A stretch of DNA of 64,000 nt from Eledone cirrhosa (Eukaryota). Every line of letters starts with the position of its first letter. The stretch's first letter is position 1. The notes under the pieces were generated by a model. That model did no database searches. It had not been told where the DNA came from and worked only from the letters and a program-made list of their open reading frames with translations. Position numbers and translations under genes: made by a program. Below are positions 41,240 through 54,468 of this stretch, piece by piece. Where the stretch lies: positions 177,940,001-178,004,000 of the forward strand of contig OZ024743.1 of the NCBI GenBank assembly GCA_964016885.1. The letters are read 5' to 3'.

Positions 41240-41430
41240 AATTGTTTCTACTTTTGGCACAAGGCCGGCAAAAACCCAGTGTATTACTGGTACTTTATTT
41301 TATCGACCCCGTAAGGATGAAAGGCAAAGTTAACCTCGGCGGGATTTGAACTCAGATCATAAAGGGCCGTAACTCTTTGCTGCAAAGCATGGCGTCAGAC
41401 CCTCTACCGATACTACACATCCAGCGCCGT
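41240..41430 (-). mobile_element. tRNA-derived SINE within (ATAAT)n
   Basis: Same family; B box gagttcaaatccc. Confidence 0.8.
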
Positions 41431-41978
41431 AATGTAATGTAATATAATATAATATAATATAATATAATATAATATAATATAATATAATATAATATAATAT
41501 AATATAATATAATATAATATAATATAATGTAATGTAATGTAATGTAATTTAATGTAATGTAATGTAATATAATATAATATAATATAATATAATATAATAT
41601 AATATAATATAATATATAGAAATAAGCACACAAAGAAATGTGTTTTGAATTACATGGGTTGGAAACCAGTTTGGTGCAATGCATATAATCTATGAACAAA
41701 TGGAAAATACATAATAACCGAAAAAATAAATTAAAATGTACTAATCATTTCAATAACTATTAAACTCATGGACAAACTACAGATAGGGTTTGTTTCGCTG
41801 AAAATTAGTGGCTGTGACCTAGAGCTTTTCAACAGAAGTAAGGATTATCTGAACAGCACACCTAGATATCATTTAGGTAACTAAATATCGCGCATTGTGT
41901 ATAAGCCGTTTTACGATCCACTAATGCCACTATGTGCTGACTGTCGCACGAGGTATTACTTGTTCTCTTACTATATAT

Positions 41979-42137
41979 ATAGGAGAATAGTCAGGACCTT
42001 GACGGATCTAGCTGACGAAACGGCTGGAGCTCAGCCGTCGGGGTCCTGACTCTTTTCCTATTACCCACTCTATTACATTAAGTAGTGAGTACTCTGGTGC
42101 GTTAAGGTCCACCTGGTATCTTACCACATCTTCTTTG

Positions 42138-42140
<3 letters not shown>
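41979..42140 (+). mobile_element. Short fold-back remnant of the 565-752 family
   Basis: aggagaatagtcaggacc..gacgg / ccgtc..ggtcctgactcttttcct arms; GAAA-cggct gagctc agccg-TC. Confidence 0.6.
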
Positions 42141-42187
<47 letters not shown>

Positions 42188-42191
<4 letters not shown>

Positions 42192-42880
42192 CAAATTTAT
42201 ACGGGAACAAAACAGAGAGGCAGACAAATAAAGGTTTATTAGGTTCACGTTTTTGAGAGTGGGGGTGGTGCGTTTCGGGCATATGCCCTTCTTCAGGAGT
42301 AAATAGGTTAGGAAGAGAGTTCAGAGGGTGTGTGGAAATACATTTAGAAAAAAGGGGGAAGGAGAACAAATAAAAATAAAAATAAACGTAAACGTAAAAA
42401 TAAACATAAGAATAAACAATAAGATGGACAAGTGGTGGAAGGGTGTGAGTCGTGTAAGGGTGGTGGCGGGTGGAGTTGGGAGAGGGAGGCGGGGGGTCGA
42501 AGCGGGGAAGGTAGGTGGTGTTTGTGTATGTGTGTAGGTGTACGTGAGTGTGTGTGCGTGCGTATGTGAGAGTTGGAGGAAGAACGAGGTTCCATGGTCC
42601 GAAAAAGGTGTGTGCGTGGGGTGGAGTGTAAGTCGGTGTGTGCGTGCGTGTGGAAGGAGAGGGGTCAGAGGGTGGGGGAGGCGGCGTATGGATTCCGGAG
42701 GTTGTGTACATGTGGGGGTACGCGCGTGTGTGTTTGTATTTATATGTGGTGTGGATGTGGGTGGCGTGGTGCGAAAAAAAAGGTGTGAGTGTATGTTCGT
42801 GGGTAAGGCCCTGAGGTAGTTCCGTCAGATGTGTGGAGAGTGCTGGATATTTTTCAAGATATGGAGTGGATGGTTGGAGA
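42188..42880 (-). mobile_element. Probable PLE 3' region with a partial HHR (42269-42300)
   Basis: CTGAAGA-a gggc atat gccc-GAAA-cg on the minus strand, AATAAA downstream; stem I not conserved. Confidence 0.45.
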
Positions 42881-42894
42881 TATATATATATATA

Positions 42895-43082
42895 GACGTG
42901 GTTACACAACAGTTAGTTCACCATACCGAGAACAATTGTTTCACCTTAGCGGACCCTCAGCTCAGCTCGTAATGGACATGGTTATCCTGTTCCGTATAAC
43001 CATGTCCATTACCAGCTGAGGATCAGCTAAGGTGAAACAATTGTTCTCAATATGGTAAACTAACTGTTGTGTAACCACTTCT
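42895..43082. mobile_element. ~190-bp fold-back element with an HHR in each arm (42928-42963 minus; 43013-43048 plus)
   Basis: Inverted repeat; arm consensus gag-CTGAGGA-t cc gctaa gg t-GAAA-CAATTG-TT-ctc. Confidence 0.7.
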
Positions 43083-43635
43083 ACTTAACTCGTCCGATGG
43101 ACTGAGTGCTCTACCACTACGGATATTACCTTCCAGTGTTCTACCACTATATATATATATATATCACGATACATTAACGGAGCCATAGACTATCGACGTT
43201 CCCTGTAAATAATGTGCTCAAAGGAGAGGAAATCCTGAGCACCTTAAAATACAATATGTTGAAAAGGTAACACACTAGAGAGAGATACAGTGCGCCATGA
43301 ATAAAACAGGGGAAAACCACCAGTGTATGGAATCTATAACCTATGAAAGGCAGAATATAGACACGATAATTAAAATATAAATTAAAGCGTAAATAAATAC
43401 CTCTATAACTATATAACACACGGACAAATCCAAAGTGATCTGTTTCGCCAGTAAGTTGTTGACAGAAATGAAATAACCCAGGTTCATCAGCGTGTGTAAG
43501 GCCATACATTTCAGACAACACTAAGAGAATTGTTAAAGCGACCGTCCAACTACACGTGGGAGAGAGAATATATATCTTACCAGTAGTACTCGAGAGTGAA
43601 CTGACATAAACATACATACATGCATACATACATAC

Positions 43636-44165
43636 ATATTATGGGACAGGGAAAAGAAGGCATGCACTGTAGTGGAAGTTAGCTGCCCATCAGATGCCAA
43701 TAAAATATCAAAGATTAGCGAAAAAGAGAATATCTATGCAGAACTAATGAGAAATCTGCAGATACTCCACCCTGAATATACCTTCTGATTTATGCCTGTG
43801 ATTATTGGGGCACTGGGATATGTTAGTAACTGCCTCAATATAAATCTTGAGAAGCTAGGCTTCACAGAAACAGAAATTACACGGTTAGTTAGGAAATTAC
43901 TAGTACAATCCATGAATGGAAATATATGTAAAACATTCCAAAAATTCTGCATCTAATAATTGCATATACACTTGTAAAGATACAAAGCATATGCAGATGC
44001 TTACATACAACTCAAAATATACACATCCACACATACAATAACATCCATATCTGCACACACACGCATGCAAGCAGACATGTATACATATCTATCTAGTTGA
44101 TGTGTAAATTCCAATGTGAGAGACTTGTATCTATGTTAGAAACCCATAATCTCTCTCTATTGGTA
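43636..44165 (+). mobile_element. 3' fragment of an RLE-type (R4/Dong-like) non-LTR retrotransposon
   Basis: Translation ILWDREKKACTVVEVSCPSD..EKENIYAEL..PVIIGALG..(stop about 43956), with one internal TGA. Confidence 0.6.
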
Positions 44166-44190
44166 AAAATGTGTGAAATTGTGTGTGTGT

Positions 44191-44317
<127 letters not shown>

Positions 44318-44659
44318 CGCGTGTGTTTGTGTACCTGTGTGTGCGTGTATAAATGTATCTGCTTGAATGCGCGGAGACGTGTAAATTGATCAATTACTTG
44401 CGCAGTTCTAATCACCTGATCACTACTTTATTAGCCAGTCCAAGTAGTGGGGGGTAGAAGAACCATTGAAATGAATGACCTGAAAAATCAGATCAATTCA
44501 AGCAAAGGAAAATATCTCCTTTAAAACATCGAATTACCAGTTATTATCTGTCTCTGTTATATTTAACTGTAATAATCAGACATCCCTTTCCCTTCGTTGT
44601 TTACATTTCACTTAATCCTCAGTTTATTTGAATTAACACGCAGATAAATATCATAATTA

Positions 44660-45390
44660 TATTTAAGATTTTGTTATATTTGGGTAGGGTCATGTTACCA
44701 ATAAATACACACGCACTGGACGATGATGTTTTACTGCGGTTTCATTATTAGTACGTTTATAGCTTGGTTGCAATAAGTTATTGTTCTATCTTGCATCTTA
44801 ATCCACGGACAATGCTTTGGATTGTGTCAGATGTTGTGACCCCGGGTGGACCAGCAATACCATTTGTAAGGGTCGAAACTCCCAAAGTACATCTCAAAGA
44901 CCGATGACCTTAGTGTACTGTGTTTCGTTTGTATTTCTATTTTATTTTTTAAATTCAATGTTTCCCCTTCAATTTTTTTCCGTTTAACCTTGTTTTCGTT
45001 CGTTGTCTTGTCTTCTCTTTGTTAATTTTCCTAAGTTCATTATTATTAGTTCGCTTGGTAATTAGTTACTTCTTCGTAACTGGAAGTTATCTTGTGTAGT
45101 ATTTTGTCTACATCATCTTGAAAGACAAGATGGTGTAGACAAAATAAAACCAGAACGAAGAGGAGTCACAGAGGATCCCAAATAGTTGTTGATGAGGTCA
45201 CAGAATGTGTGACGAAAGAACTTTGACAATTATACAAGATAACTAAACAACAATCCGGTTACGAAGAATAATAATGAAAACCTAGTAAACATCAACCAGT
45301 GCGTGTGTTTTTAATGGCAAAATGACCCTCCCCAAATATAATAATATATGTTTCAACACACTATTTCACATCAAGAATCTTGCAAAATAT
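44660..45390. mobile_element. Old IR-flanked PLE derivative related to the 808/6116 family, with a decayed HHR at about 45185-45228
   Basis: 44675-44750 is inverted relative to 45269-45340; TGATGA-ggtcac..gtgac-GAAA-gaac-TT-tgaca. Confidence 0.6.
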
Positions 45391-45394
45391 ACGC

Positions 45395-45680
45395 GTAGCT
45401 TTCCACACTGCAGAACTTTCTACAAGTCTCGTGGAAAGAGGTTGTATGTCTCTTCGAGATTTGTTAAACGAGTAATATTACCGGAATATCTCGGTGAACT
45501 ATCGCAGGGGAATATGTGCGAAAACTATACTGTTCGTCAGCTAGCTTGGATTCGATAATATCTCTACATCTCTTTGACAGACACTTAGCATAGGCTTTAC
45601 TGGTGAGACTGACAAAGAAGATTCTTCTATACGTAGATCAATCTCTCTTGGCTTCCTTTGTGAAAATTGGGATACTTTAA
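45395..45680 (-). pseudogene. Highly decayed LINE RT fragment (RTE-like)
   Basis: Minus-strand frames give IPIF..YRRI..SL..KAYAKCL..IIESKLADEQYSFR. Confidence 0.45.
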
Positions 45681-46579
45681 AATAGTATAGACTTTTTTTT
45701 TATAGCATAGTAAGATTTGGTGCTTATTTTTAGCAGTTTGAATGACTGTGTAGGTGCTCCCACGATAGCCAGCCATTTACAGGCTGGAGAGAGGAGGTGA
45801 AAGAGTAGTAAGATTTTTGGTTCTAGCCTGCGTCAAATTATTACATCAATGGAAATCCTTTCCAACCATTTTACGCATGGAATCCCGTCTGTGGATTACT
45901 CTTTATCGAGATTTTAATCTAGTACCGTATAATATATCGTACGGAAGTTGTAATCGATTATTAAAGAAAATGTATTGCAGTGGAATGGCAGCCGATCAGC
46001 TCAGTCGTTTTGTCGAGGGCAATGGTGGGTGAAATCCTGAAGCGATTTCCCTTTCTTTTTTGTTTTGTTTTTTATATTATTTTCTTGTTGTTGTTGCTTT
46101 CTTTGTCTTTTAGTGTATCATTTATTTAAAGCCTAAGATACGAGAAAGCGTGATAAAAGACTAAGAAAGAACTTAATGGAGTGCATGAGTGAGTGAAAAG
46201 AAATATCAAGAGAAAATTGAGAACAGAAAAAGAAAAAAACGAGATAGAAAATGCACCACTGTGCTATAGACGAAAAAACAAAACGTTAGTACTTAGAAAC
46301 GACTGCCAAGAAAGAAATTATAGTACCGTTAAGTGGAAAGAGTGAATATCTTGGTTGCTATGTCTTCATTTGTTTGTTTGTTGATTGGTTTAGTTTTCTA
46401 TTCCTTTCATTTATTTTTGTGTTTTTACTTTTCGTCTTAATATTATTTCACAAATATGCCTTAAACTTGAACATTTCCCTGATTATCAAACTAGAATGAA
46501 ATGAATTCGGTTTATATATGTGTGTAGGAGAGTGTGGGAGTCTGTGTATGTGTGTTTATGTATGTGTGTATATGTATGT

Positions 46580-47480
46580 ATTGGCAGGAGACAGACAGTT
46601 CAAGTGTTACATCTGTGAACATATCTGCAAAACAAAAGTGGGTCTGAAAAGTCACCTGCGTGCACATGACCGTGCAATGTTCAATGAAGGGATGGCACTC
46701 TTCTGATAAGAAGTAGTAATCAACATGTATGTATGTATGAATGTATGTATGTCGGGTTACTCTTGAGTGCTACTGGTAACATGTAACCCAGTACAACCTG
46801 TCGCATGGCCGGGTCGTAGGTGACTAAACCGGCAACCCACCAAGTTTACACCCTGCGGGACAAAAGGCAAAACCTGACAAAGGGTGGAAGAACTCATAAG
46901 AGTCAACGGCCATCCAAAAATGTGTAAATATTTATATACACATGTATATATGTATGTATATGTATATATGTATATGCATATGAGCGGGGACATAGAAATA
47001 GTCAGGCTGGACACCCGATCGCGTAGTTAAACCACTTGAAGTGAAGAACCCCTAGCCTTTGTCAGGGCATTCTTCTAGGAGAAGGAAACTCAGGAAACTG
47101 AGATAACTCCGACTTAAAACCTGCGGCTCAGTAGTTACCGATGATGTTGATCTTTTCTTCTTTTCGGGTTAAAGCTACTGTCGCCCAGAGAGTGGGATTC
47201 CTCACTTTAAAAAATATCTTCACGCACAGGCATTGCACGATAGCTTGATTGATAATTATTAATAATGTTATACCGTGCAATGGCCATACTCGATAACGCG
47301 GGGGCAGCCATCATGTATGTATGTATGTCTTTTTTTCTGGGGCGTGAGTCTCCAAATTTTCATTAAGACATTTCTCTACGAAAAGGTTACTCTGATATAA
47401 AACTTGCGACTTCGATTGCATCCGATGATGTAGACCAGTTCTGCTTTTGGGGAAAATGCATTCGATGTTCAGAGAGTGGG
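46580..47480 (+). mobile_element. Cluster of RTE fragments: 3' C2H2 end (46580-46730) and 5'UTR/3'-end bipartite pieces
   Basis: CYICEHICKTKVGLKSHLRAH. 46775-46920 and 47048-47235 match the RTE 5' UTR at 50590-50963; the piece ends gcagccatcat like 54385-54392. Confidence 0.7.
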
Positions 47481-47954
47481 ATTGTATGTATGTGTGTAAG
47501 TGTGTGTGTGTTTGAGAATAATTTTGTGTATGTGTGGGTGGGTGAAAGTAAATTTTTGTATCCTCGTTTACAAATACTTTAGCCTCTAAAGGTCACAAAG
47601 CTGAAACTAGAGATTCTCTGATTAAACCTAAAGTCTCTTCGAATATATGTATATTTAATCAACGGTTATATGTGTGTAAGAGGGGGGTAAGATGGTGCTT
47701 CGGCATAATAACACAATCAGTTCAGTATATGGAAGGTATTTATTAGGTTAACGCTTGATATAGCAGGAAGAGGGTCTTAACGTTTCGGACGCTAGTCCTT
47801 CATAAGAAGAAAGAATGAGAAATAAAATAGATTAAGGGGACGGGCGGGATGGAATTGGAAAAAATGTCTTTAGATAAAAATAATAGGTTGATTCATGTTG
47901 ACATCTCTTGTAAAACTGTTGGTGCTGGCGTTATGTATATACATGTATACACAG

Positions 47955-48048
<94 letters not shown>

Positions 48049-48087
48049 GTGTGTATATATATATATATATATATGTGTGTGTATATA

Positions 48088-50130
48088 TTTTTTCAAAGCC
48101 TTAGATAAATGTTTCCCTAGAACACATAAGTATTACTCTACCTTCAATAGACACACGGTTAAACTTTCGTACTCACCAACCATGAAGAGGGCTCAAAATA
48201 TTGCAAAAATTAATAGCAGAATTTTTAATTCAAACCAACATATAATTAGCGATAATAACAATAGTAATAATAATAATACAATAGTTATTGAGAATAACAA
48301 TCATTTAAACACATATTGTAGAACACCTACAAATATTAACAATGATAATATGAAGAGTTTAGATTATAGAAATACCATGAAATTGAACTGTAATTGTAGA
48401 AGGAAATACGAATGCCCTTTACAAAATAACTGCCTTGATAGTAATTTAGTTCATAAATGTACCATTAAAACAAATAATAATATTACTTATAACTACATAG
48501 GTGCAACTTCATCGAACTTCGAACTTAGATTTTCCAATCATAAACATTCTTTTTCTAATCCAGATAAAAGATTTTCCACTTCATTATCACAATTAATATG
48601 GTCTTTAAAAGAGAAAAATATGAAATACTCAATTTCTTGGATTAAGCTTAGAAACTCAGAATCCTATCGGAACCATTCCATTTCACCTAATTGCAATCTT
48701 TGTAATTTTGAGACTCTATTAATAATTGCTAATTATGGTAATTTAATTAATAAAAGAAGTGAATTATTTTCAAATTGCCTCCATAAATCTACAAAAACAT
48801 TTCAAGCATCATATAAATTTAGGAAAAAACATTGACTGAGTGAGAAAAGATATTGACTTTTATTAATAATTCTTGTTTTTTATTAGTATTTTGTAAAATG
48901 TTTTACCTCACCTTAGGAAATGCATATCGTTTCTTTTATATAGTAAGTTAATCTCTTGATTGACTAAATACCTTTAGTTTGCTTTTTAAATCCCCATTTT
49001 ATGTCTTGAATTTTCTATATTTGAAATCTGAAATACCTTCATGCTTTCAAACATTTTAGTTAATTTAGACGTTTAGCTATGTTGTACGGAGCTTTTGTTT
49101 ACATTTATCGTGTATAATTTTTCATTTTATCCAAATTGATTAATAATCTGTATTTAACTTGACCTATAGTATTGAATACAATACGATTTGGTTAAATCGA
49201 AATAATAATACTTTCAAGAGTAAATATAACTAATAATTAATCCAATATGTAATTGACATCTATTGATTTAAATAGTTTTATTTATAATATTTATAATTCT
49301 AAACATTATATAAAATGCATATACAGATGCTGATATGCAATTAAGTTATGATAAATACTCTCATACTTATTTACTATAAATATCATTGATACTTAATAAT
49401 ATTTCAGACTTTGAATTTTGTAACTAACTATTGAATATATTTATTAATTTAACTATGCTTCTGATTATTATTGAAAAATATTTTATATTGTTTAATTTAG
49501 ATATAATATAATAGTTTAAAATTTCACGGTATTTAATTGATCGCTTTTACCTGACTTAATATTTGAAAAAAAACGGTCACACATCATGTCCCTTTCTTCT
49601 TTCTTTCTTTCTTTTATCTTTTATCTCTTTTCCTTATGCAGTTATATATTCTATCATCACTATCTCCCTCTCCCTTCTTTTTACCTTTATATCTTTTTCC
49701 CTTCTATCTTCTATTTAGCACTCTCTCTCTCACTCATTTGTCCTTTTCTCTAACACAGATATTTACATATTTAAATATTTATACTTATGTGTTTATTTAT
49801 TCATTTATGTATTTATTTATTTTTTTTTATTTATTCTTTACTTTCTCCTACTCACCCCCTCCTAATACTTATATCTCGCTACTTATCCCTCTCCATCATA
49901 TTTAGTTTATCACTCTTTTACTTGTGGTATATAAATATTGAGTTTTGTTGTAATAAATCACTGCCAAGACTGGAATTGAACCATCAGCACAGTTGAGGTA
50001 TGTCATGCATCAATTTATGTATTTTATCTGATGAGGACGTACTGAAAAAACAACACAGTACCTCCGAAATATATATAATAAAACATATATTTTGATTATG
50101 TGAATGTATCCATTTATTAATATTTTGAAT
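48088..50130 (+). mobile_element. 5'-truncated PLE (GIY-YIG end) with a long 3' region and an HHR at 50020-50085
   Basis: [49 protein letters not shown] (stop 48835); tattttat-CTGATGA-gga..tcc-GAAA-tatata-TA-ataaaaca. Confidence 0.85.
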
Positions 50131-50134
50131 AATA

Positions 50135-50197
<63 letters not shown>

Positions 50198-50276
50198 ATA
50201 TATATATATATATTTTTTTTATACTTGGGGAGGGTCATATTGTTGTAATAATATTGCCAGAATTATATTATATATG

Positions 50277-50330
<54 letters not shown>

Positions 50331-50587
50331 CATGCATACATATATATGTATATATATATCACGATACATTAACGGAGCCATAGACTCTCGCCGTTCCCTG
50401 TAATTAATGTGCTCAAAGGAGAGGAAATCCTGGGCACATTAAAATACAATATGCTGAAAAGGTAACACACTAGAGAGAGAGATACGGTGCGCCATCAATA
50501 AAACAGGGAAAAACCACCAGTGTATGGAATCTTTATATATATACACAAACGTACATGTATATATGTATATATGTATATATATGTATA

Positions 50588-53500
50588 TAACATGTAACCC
50601 AGTACTACCTGTCTCGTGGTCGGGTACTCGGCGACTAAACCGGCAACCCCACCAACCTTGCTTGGTGAGGAGGGTGATATTTGGACACCCTGCGGGATGA
50701 AATACAAGACCCTGAAAAGGGCGGTGGAACTCAGCAGAGTCAACGACCATCCAAATAGTACTTTTTTTTTACCTGGGAGTGTAAGGCCCCAGTTGTTGCC
50801 ACAGCACCTTTCTAGAAGAGGGAAACTCTGAAACCTGCGGCTTCGGAAGCATCCGATGATGTTGACCAGTTCTCCTTTTCGGGTAGTGTTTTCGATGCTC
50901 AGAGAGTGGGATTGGTCGCGTGCAAGGCCTTTCCCACTTAAAAAACCTTCAAAGCACAGGCATCGCTTGTTGGAGATCTGTTACAGGTTCGTGTGGCTGA
51001 CCGTCGCCTAAAAGTGCACCAAACTCTATGATGATAGATGATAACCTTGAAGTCAATCTTAGTAAGGGCTCTGGAACTTATTGTGAAGAGATCTGGCCCG
51101 GCAGGTGTCCCATGGCACCTCAGCGTGGGCCCGGTCGTCATCCTGCAACGGCAAAGAGGTTCAAACCTCTTAATATTGGATGCTGGAATGTAAGAATTTT
51201 ACTTGATTCCCAGTCCAGTGAAACTCGCCCTGAAAGAAGATTTGCTTTTGGTGTCGAGGGAACTCAATTGCTATAACATGGACATCGTTGCTCTTTCAGA
51301 AACGAGATTGGTAGTTGAGGGTCAATTCACAGAACAGAAGGGAGGATATACCTTCTATTGGAGGTAGTGGAGCAGAGGGTTGTAGGAGAGAGGCAGGAGT
51401 CGCATTTGCTGTCAGGAATGGAATCGTCTCAAAGCTGGAAAATCTTTCTTCTGGATTCAATGATCGGATAATGTCCAAGAGAGTCCCTCTGATTCAAAAC
51501 CGCTTTGTGACTCTGGTCAGTGTGTACGCTCCTACTATGTGTGCCAGTGATGATGAAAAACTAAGTTTCTACATGTCTTTGAGAGAGGTCATCCATGGTA
51601 TACCTTATACAGACAAGATTGTTATCCTTGGTAATTTTAATGCACGTGTTGGTAATGACTGGGAAGCTATAATAATGGGCAAGCATGGAGTAGGTAAGTG
51701 CAATAACAATGGTCTAATTCTGTTGCAGATGAGCACTGAGATGTATCTTGTTGATGGGAACACGCACTTTCAGCAGAAAGACAAATATAAGACGACTTAG
51801 GTGCATCCAGGTTTCAAGAAGTGGCACCTTATTGACTTTGTTTTGACGGGGAAACGTGATATCAGGGATATCACATTGGTTCGTGTATTGCGAGGCGCGG
51901 AATGTTGGACTGACCATCATCTGGTGCGCGCCAAGTTTCAATTTGTTTTGAATCCCAAAGTAAGGGGGAAGAAGGTTGCACTTCCAAAACAACTAAGCAT
52001 GGCTCGTCTGAAAACAGAGAAAGTTAGAGCTGAGCTGTCGAGGTCCCTTGAGTCCATGGAATGTGAAAACGCGTGTGAATCATTGAAGAAAACCTTCTAT
52101 GATGTTAGTGCTGGAGGTTTAGGTCATACCACTAGAAAGCACAAAGACTCGTTTGATGAAAATGATGCAGTGATCCAGACCTTGCTTGAAGAAAAACAAA
52201 AAGTGCTAACATCATTGTTGTGTGGGACACGTTCTGACAGGTGTGACCGGACCTTCGGGCAGATCAAGGCACGTGTGCAACATCGATTGAGAGCCATGCA
52301 AGATATCTGGTGGAGCCAAAATGCTGATGAAATCCAGAAGGCTTCAGATAGACATGATACAAAGCTCTTATATAGTCTGCTCAGGGAGGTGTATGGTCCG
52401 ACCGATCCACAAAGCTCCAGGGACGGCAAGAAATTACTCAGAGATCCGAAGGAAATCCTGATCAGGTGGCATGACCACTTTGATGAGCTTCTCAACAGAC
52501 CATCAGAAATTGATGATGAGTTCATCCGGTCGATTCCATCCAGACCTACAAAGCTGGCAACGGCTGATCCTCCTTCATTTGATGAGGTGGCGAAGACCAT
52601 TGCCAAATTAAACAGCGGCAAGTCACCTGGAATGGATGGACTGAGTGCCGAGATTTTCAAGTGTCCTGGTGATAACTTCTTAAACCGCCTTACTGAATGT
52701 TTGGAATGAAGATGTACCACAGGACTGGAAAGATGCATTGATGGTGGTACTTTTCAAAGGAAAGGGAGCCAAAGATAACTATGGCAACTACAGAGGTTTC
52801 TCACTGCTATATGTGGCTGGGAAGATCTTGTGCAGGATTTTGTTGGACAGATTGATACAGCACATTGCTGTTGAGGTACTTCCTGAGTCCCAATGTGGCT
52901 GTAGGAATGGCAGAGGCACTGTTGACATAATATTCTCGGCCAAACAACTTCAAGAGAAATGCATTGAGCAGCGCATGGACTTATACTAACTTTTTGTCGA
53001 TCTGACCAAGGCATTTGACACCGTTAATCGGAAGGTTTGTGGGTTATTTTGGAAAGATTGGGCTGTCCTGAAAAGTTTGTGAACATTCTGAAACTCTTCC
53101 ACGATGACATGCAGGCATGGGTGAATGTTGGAGGTAAACTGTCTGAGCCAATCTCGGTTGAAAATGGTGTCAAGCAGAGTGATATACCTGCACCAACTTT
53201 GTTTGCCTTGTATTTCGCAATGGTGTTCTTCATGGCCTTCATGGATTGTCAACACCGTATCTACCTCAGATATCGCCCTTCCGGCAAGCTGTTTAACCTC
53301 AGGCGTCTCACTGCCAACACTAAGGTACTGAGTACCTTGATCACCTTATGAATTCTTTTTCCAATGTGTGCAGTGCTTTGGGACTGACAATCAGTCTGAA
53401 GAAGACTGTCGTCATGTACCAACCTGCTCCGGATAAAGTTTTCAATGAACTCTCCATATACGTTATACAGTCAAAAGCTGAAGGCTGCTGACACATTTGT

Positions 53501-54392
53501 GTATTTGGGGAGTACTCTGAGTGTGGCTTGCTCTCTGGATGCAGAAGTTGTTCTACGTATTAGTAAGGCAAGTGAGTCATTTGGAAGGCTCAACTACCGT
53601 CTTTGGTGCAGGCGAGGAATCACAATGAGGACCAAGGTGAGAGTGTATGCTGCATGTGTACTGTCAGATTTGCTGTGTGCATGTGAGACATGGGTTGCCT
53701 ACAAACGGCATATGAACAGACTGGAACGGTTTCACCAACAGTGTTTCATAAAGATGCTCGGTATCAAGTGGCAGATGCATGTGAGAGATGTTGAGGTCCT
53801 TGAGAGAAGTGAGTGTTGAAGCATTGAAAGTATCATCCACCAACGGCGTTTGCCATGGACCGGAGACCTCTGCAGAATGGAGGATGATCGAATCCTAAAA
53901 CAACTCTTGTATGGCTTTGTGAGGGTTAGAGACCACCTCACAAGCCAAGGCTCCGATTCAAGGATTGTGTAAAGGGCTCATTGAAAAAAAATTGGTTTGA
54001 TGATGACTGGAAGATAGAAGCTCTTGAAAGAGAAACTTGGCGCTGATTGGTGAATGATGGGGACCATAATTTGGAGGACAGACGCATAGAGCACGAGAAG
54101 ATGAAACGGGATGTGCTCTGAATTGAAGTGCCCTGAGTGTGGAAAGATTTGCTTGAGCAAATCTGGTCTCAGGAGCCACAATCGCAGCCATGTTCAAAGA
54201 GAACCAGTGAACTATGATCTCCACAGTGCTGTGAGGGTTCACGGGCAACCTGATGCAGGACCTCAAGCCAGGGTGATCCATAGTTGTCATCAGTGTGTGA
54301 AGGAGTGCAAGTCTCTAGCAGGCTTGAAAAGCCATATCCGAGCGTCCCACATCTGAATCTGACAATCGATTGCAATACTCTTGGCAGAGTTT
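50588..54392 (+). mobile_element. Near full-length decayed RTE-clade LINE
   Basis: APE (GCWNVR, DIVALSETR, LGNFNAR, TDHHLV); RT (SPGMDG, YRGFSLL, FVDLTKAFDTV, GVKQ, YLGS); two C-terminal C2H2 fingers; many stops and frameshifts; ends in (TA)n. Confidence 0.9.
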
Positions 54393-54395
54393 GAA

Positions 54396-54466
<71 letters not shown>

Positions 54467-54468
<2 letters not shown>

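Noticed and set aside
54111-54356. Host C2H2 zinc-finger gene exon
   Set aside because: It is contiguous with the RTE ORF and directly followed by the RTE 3' end; a similar end occurs at 46580-46730.
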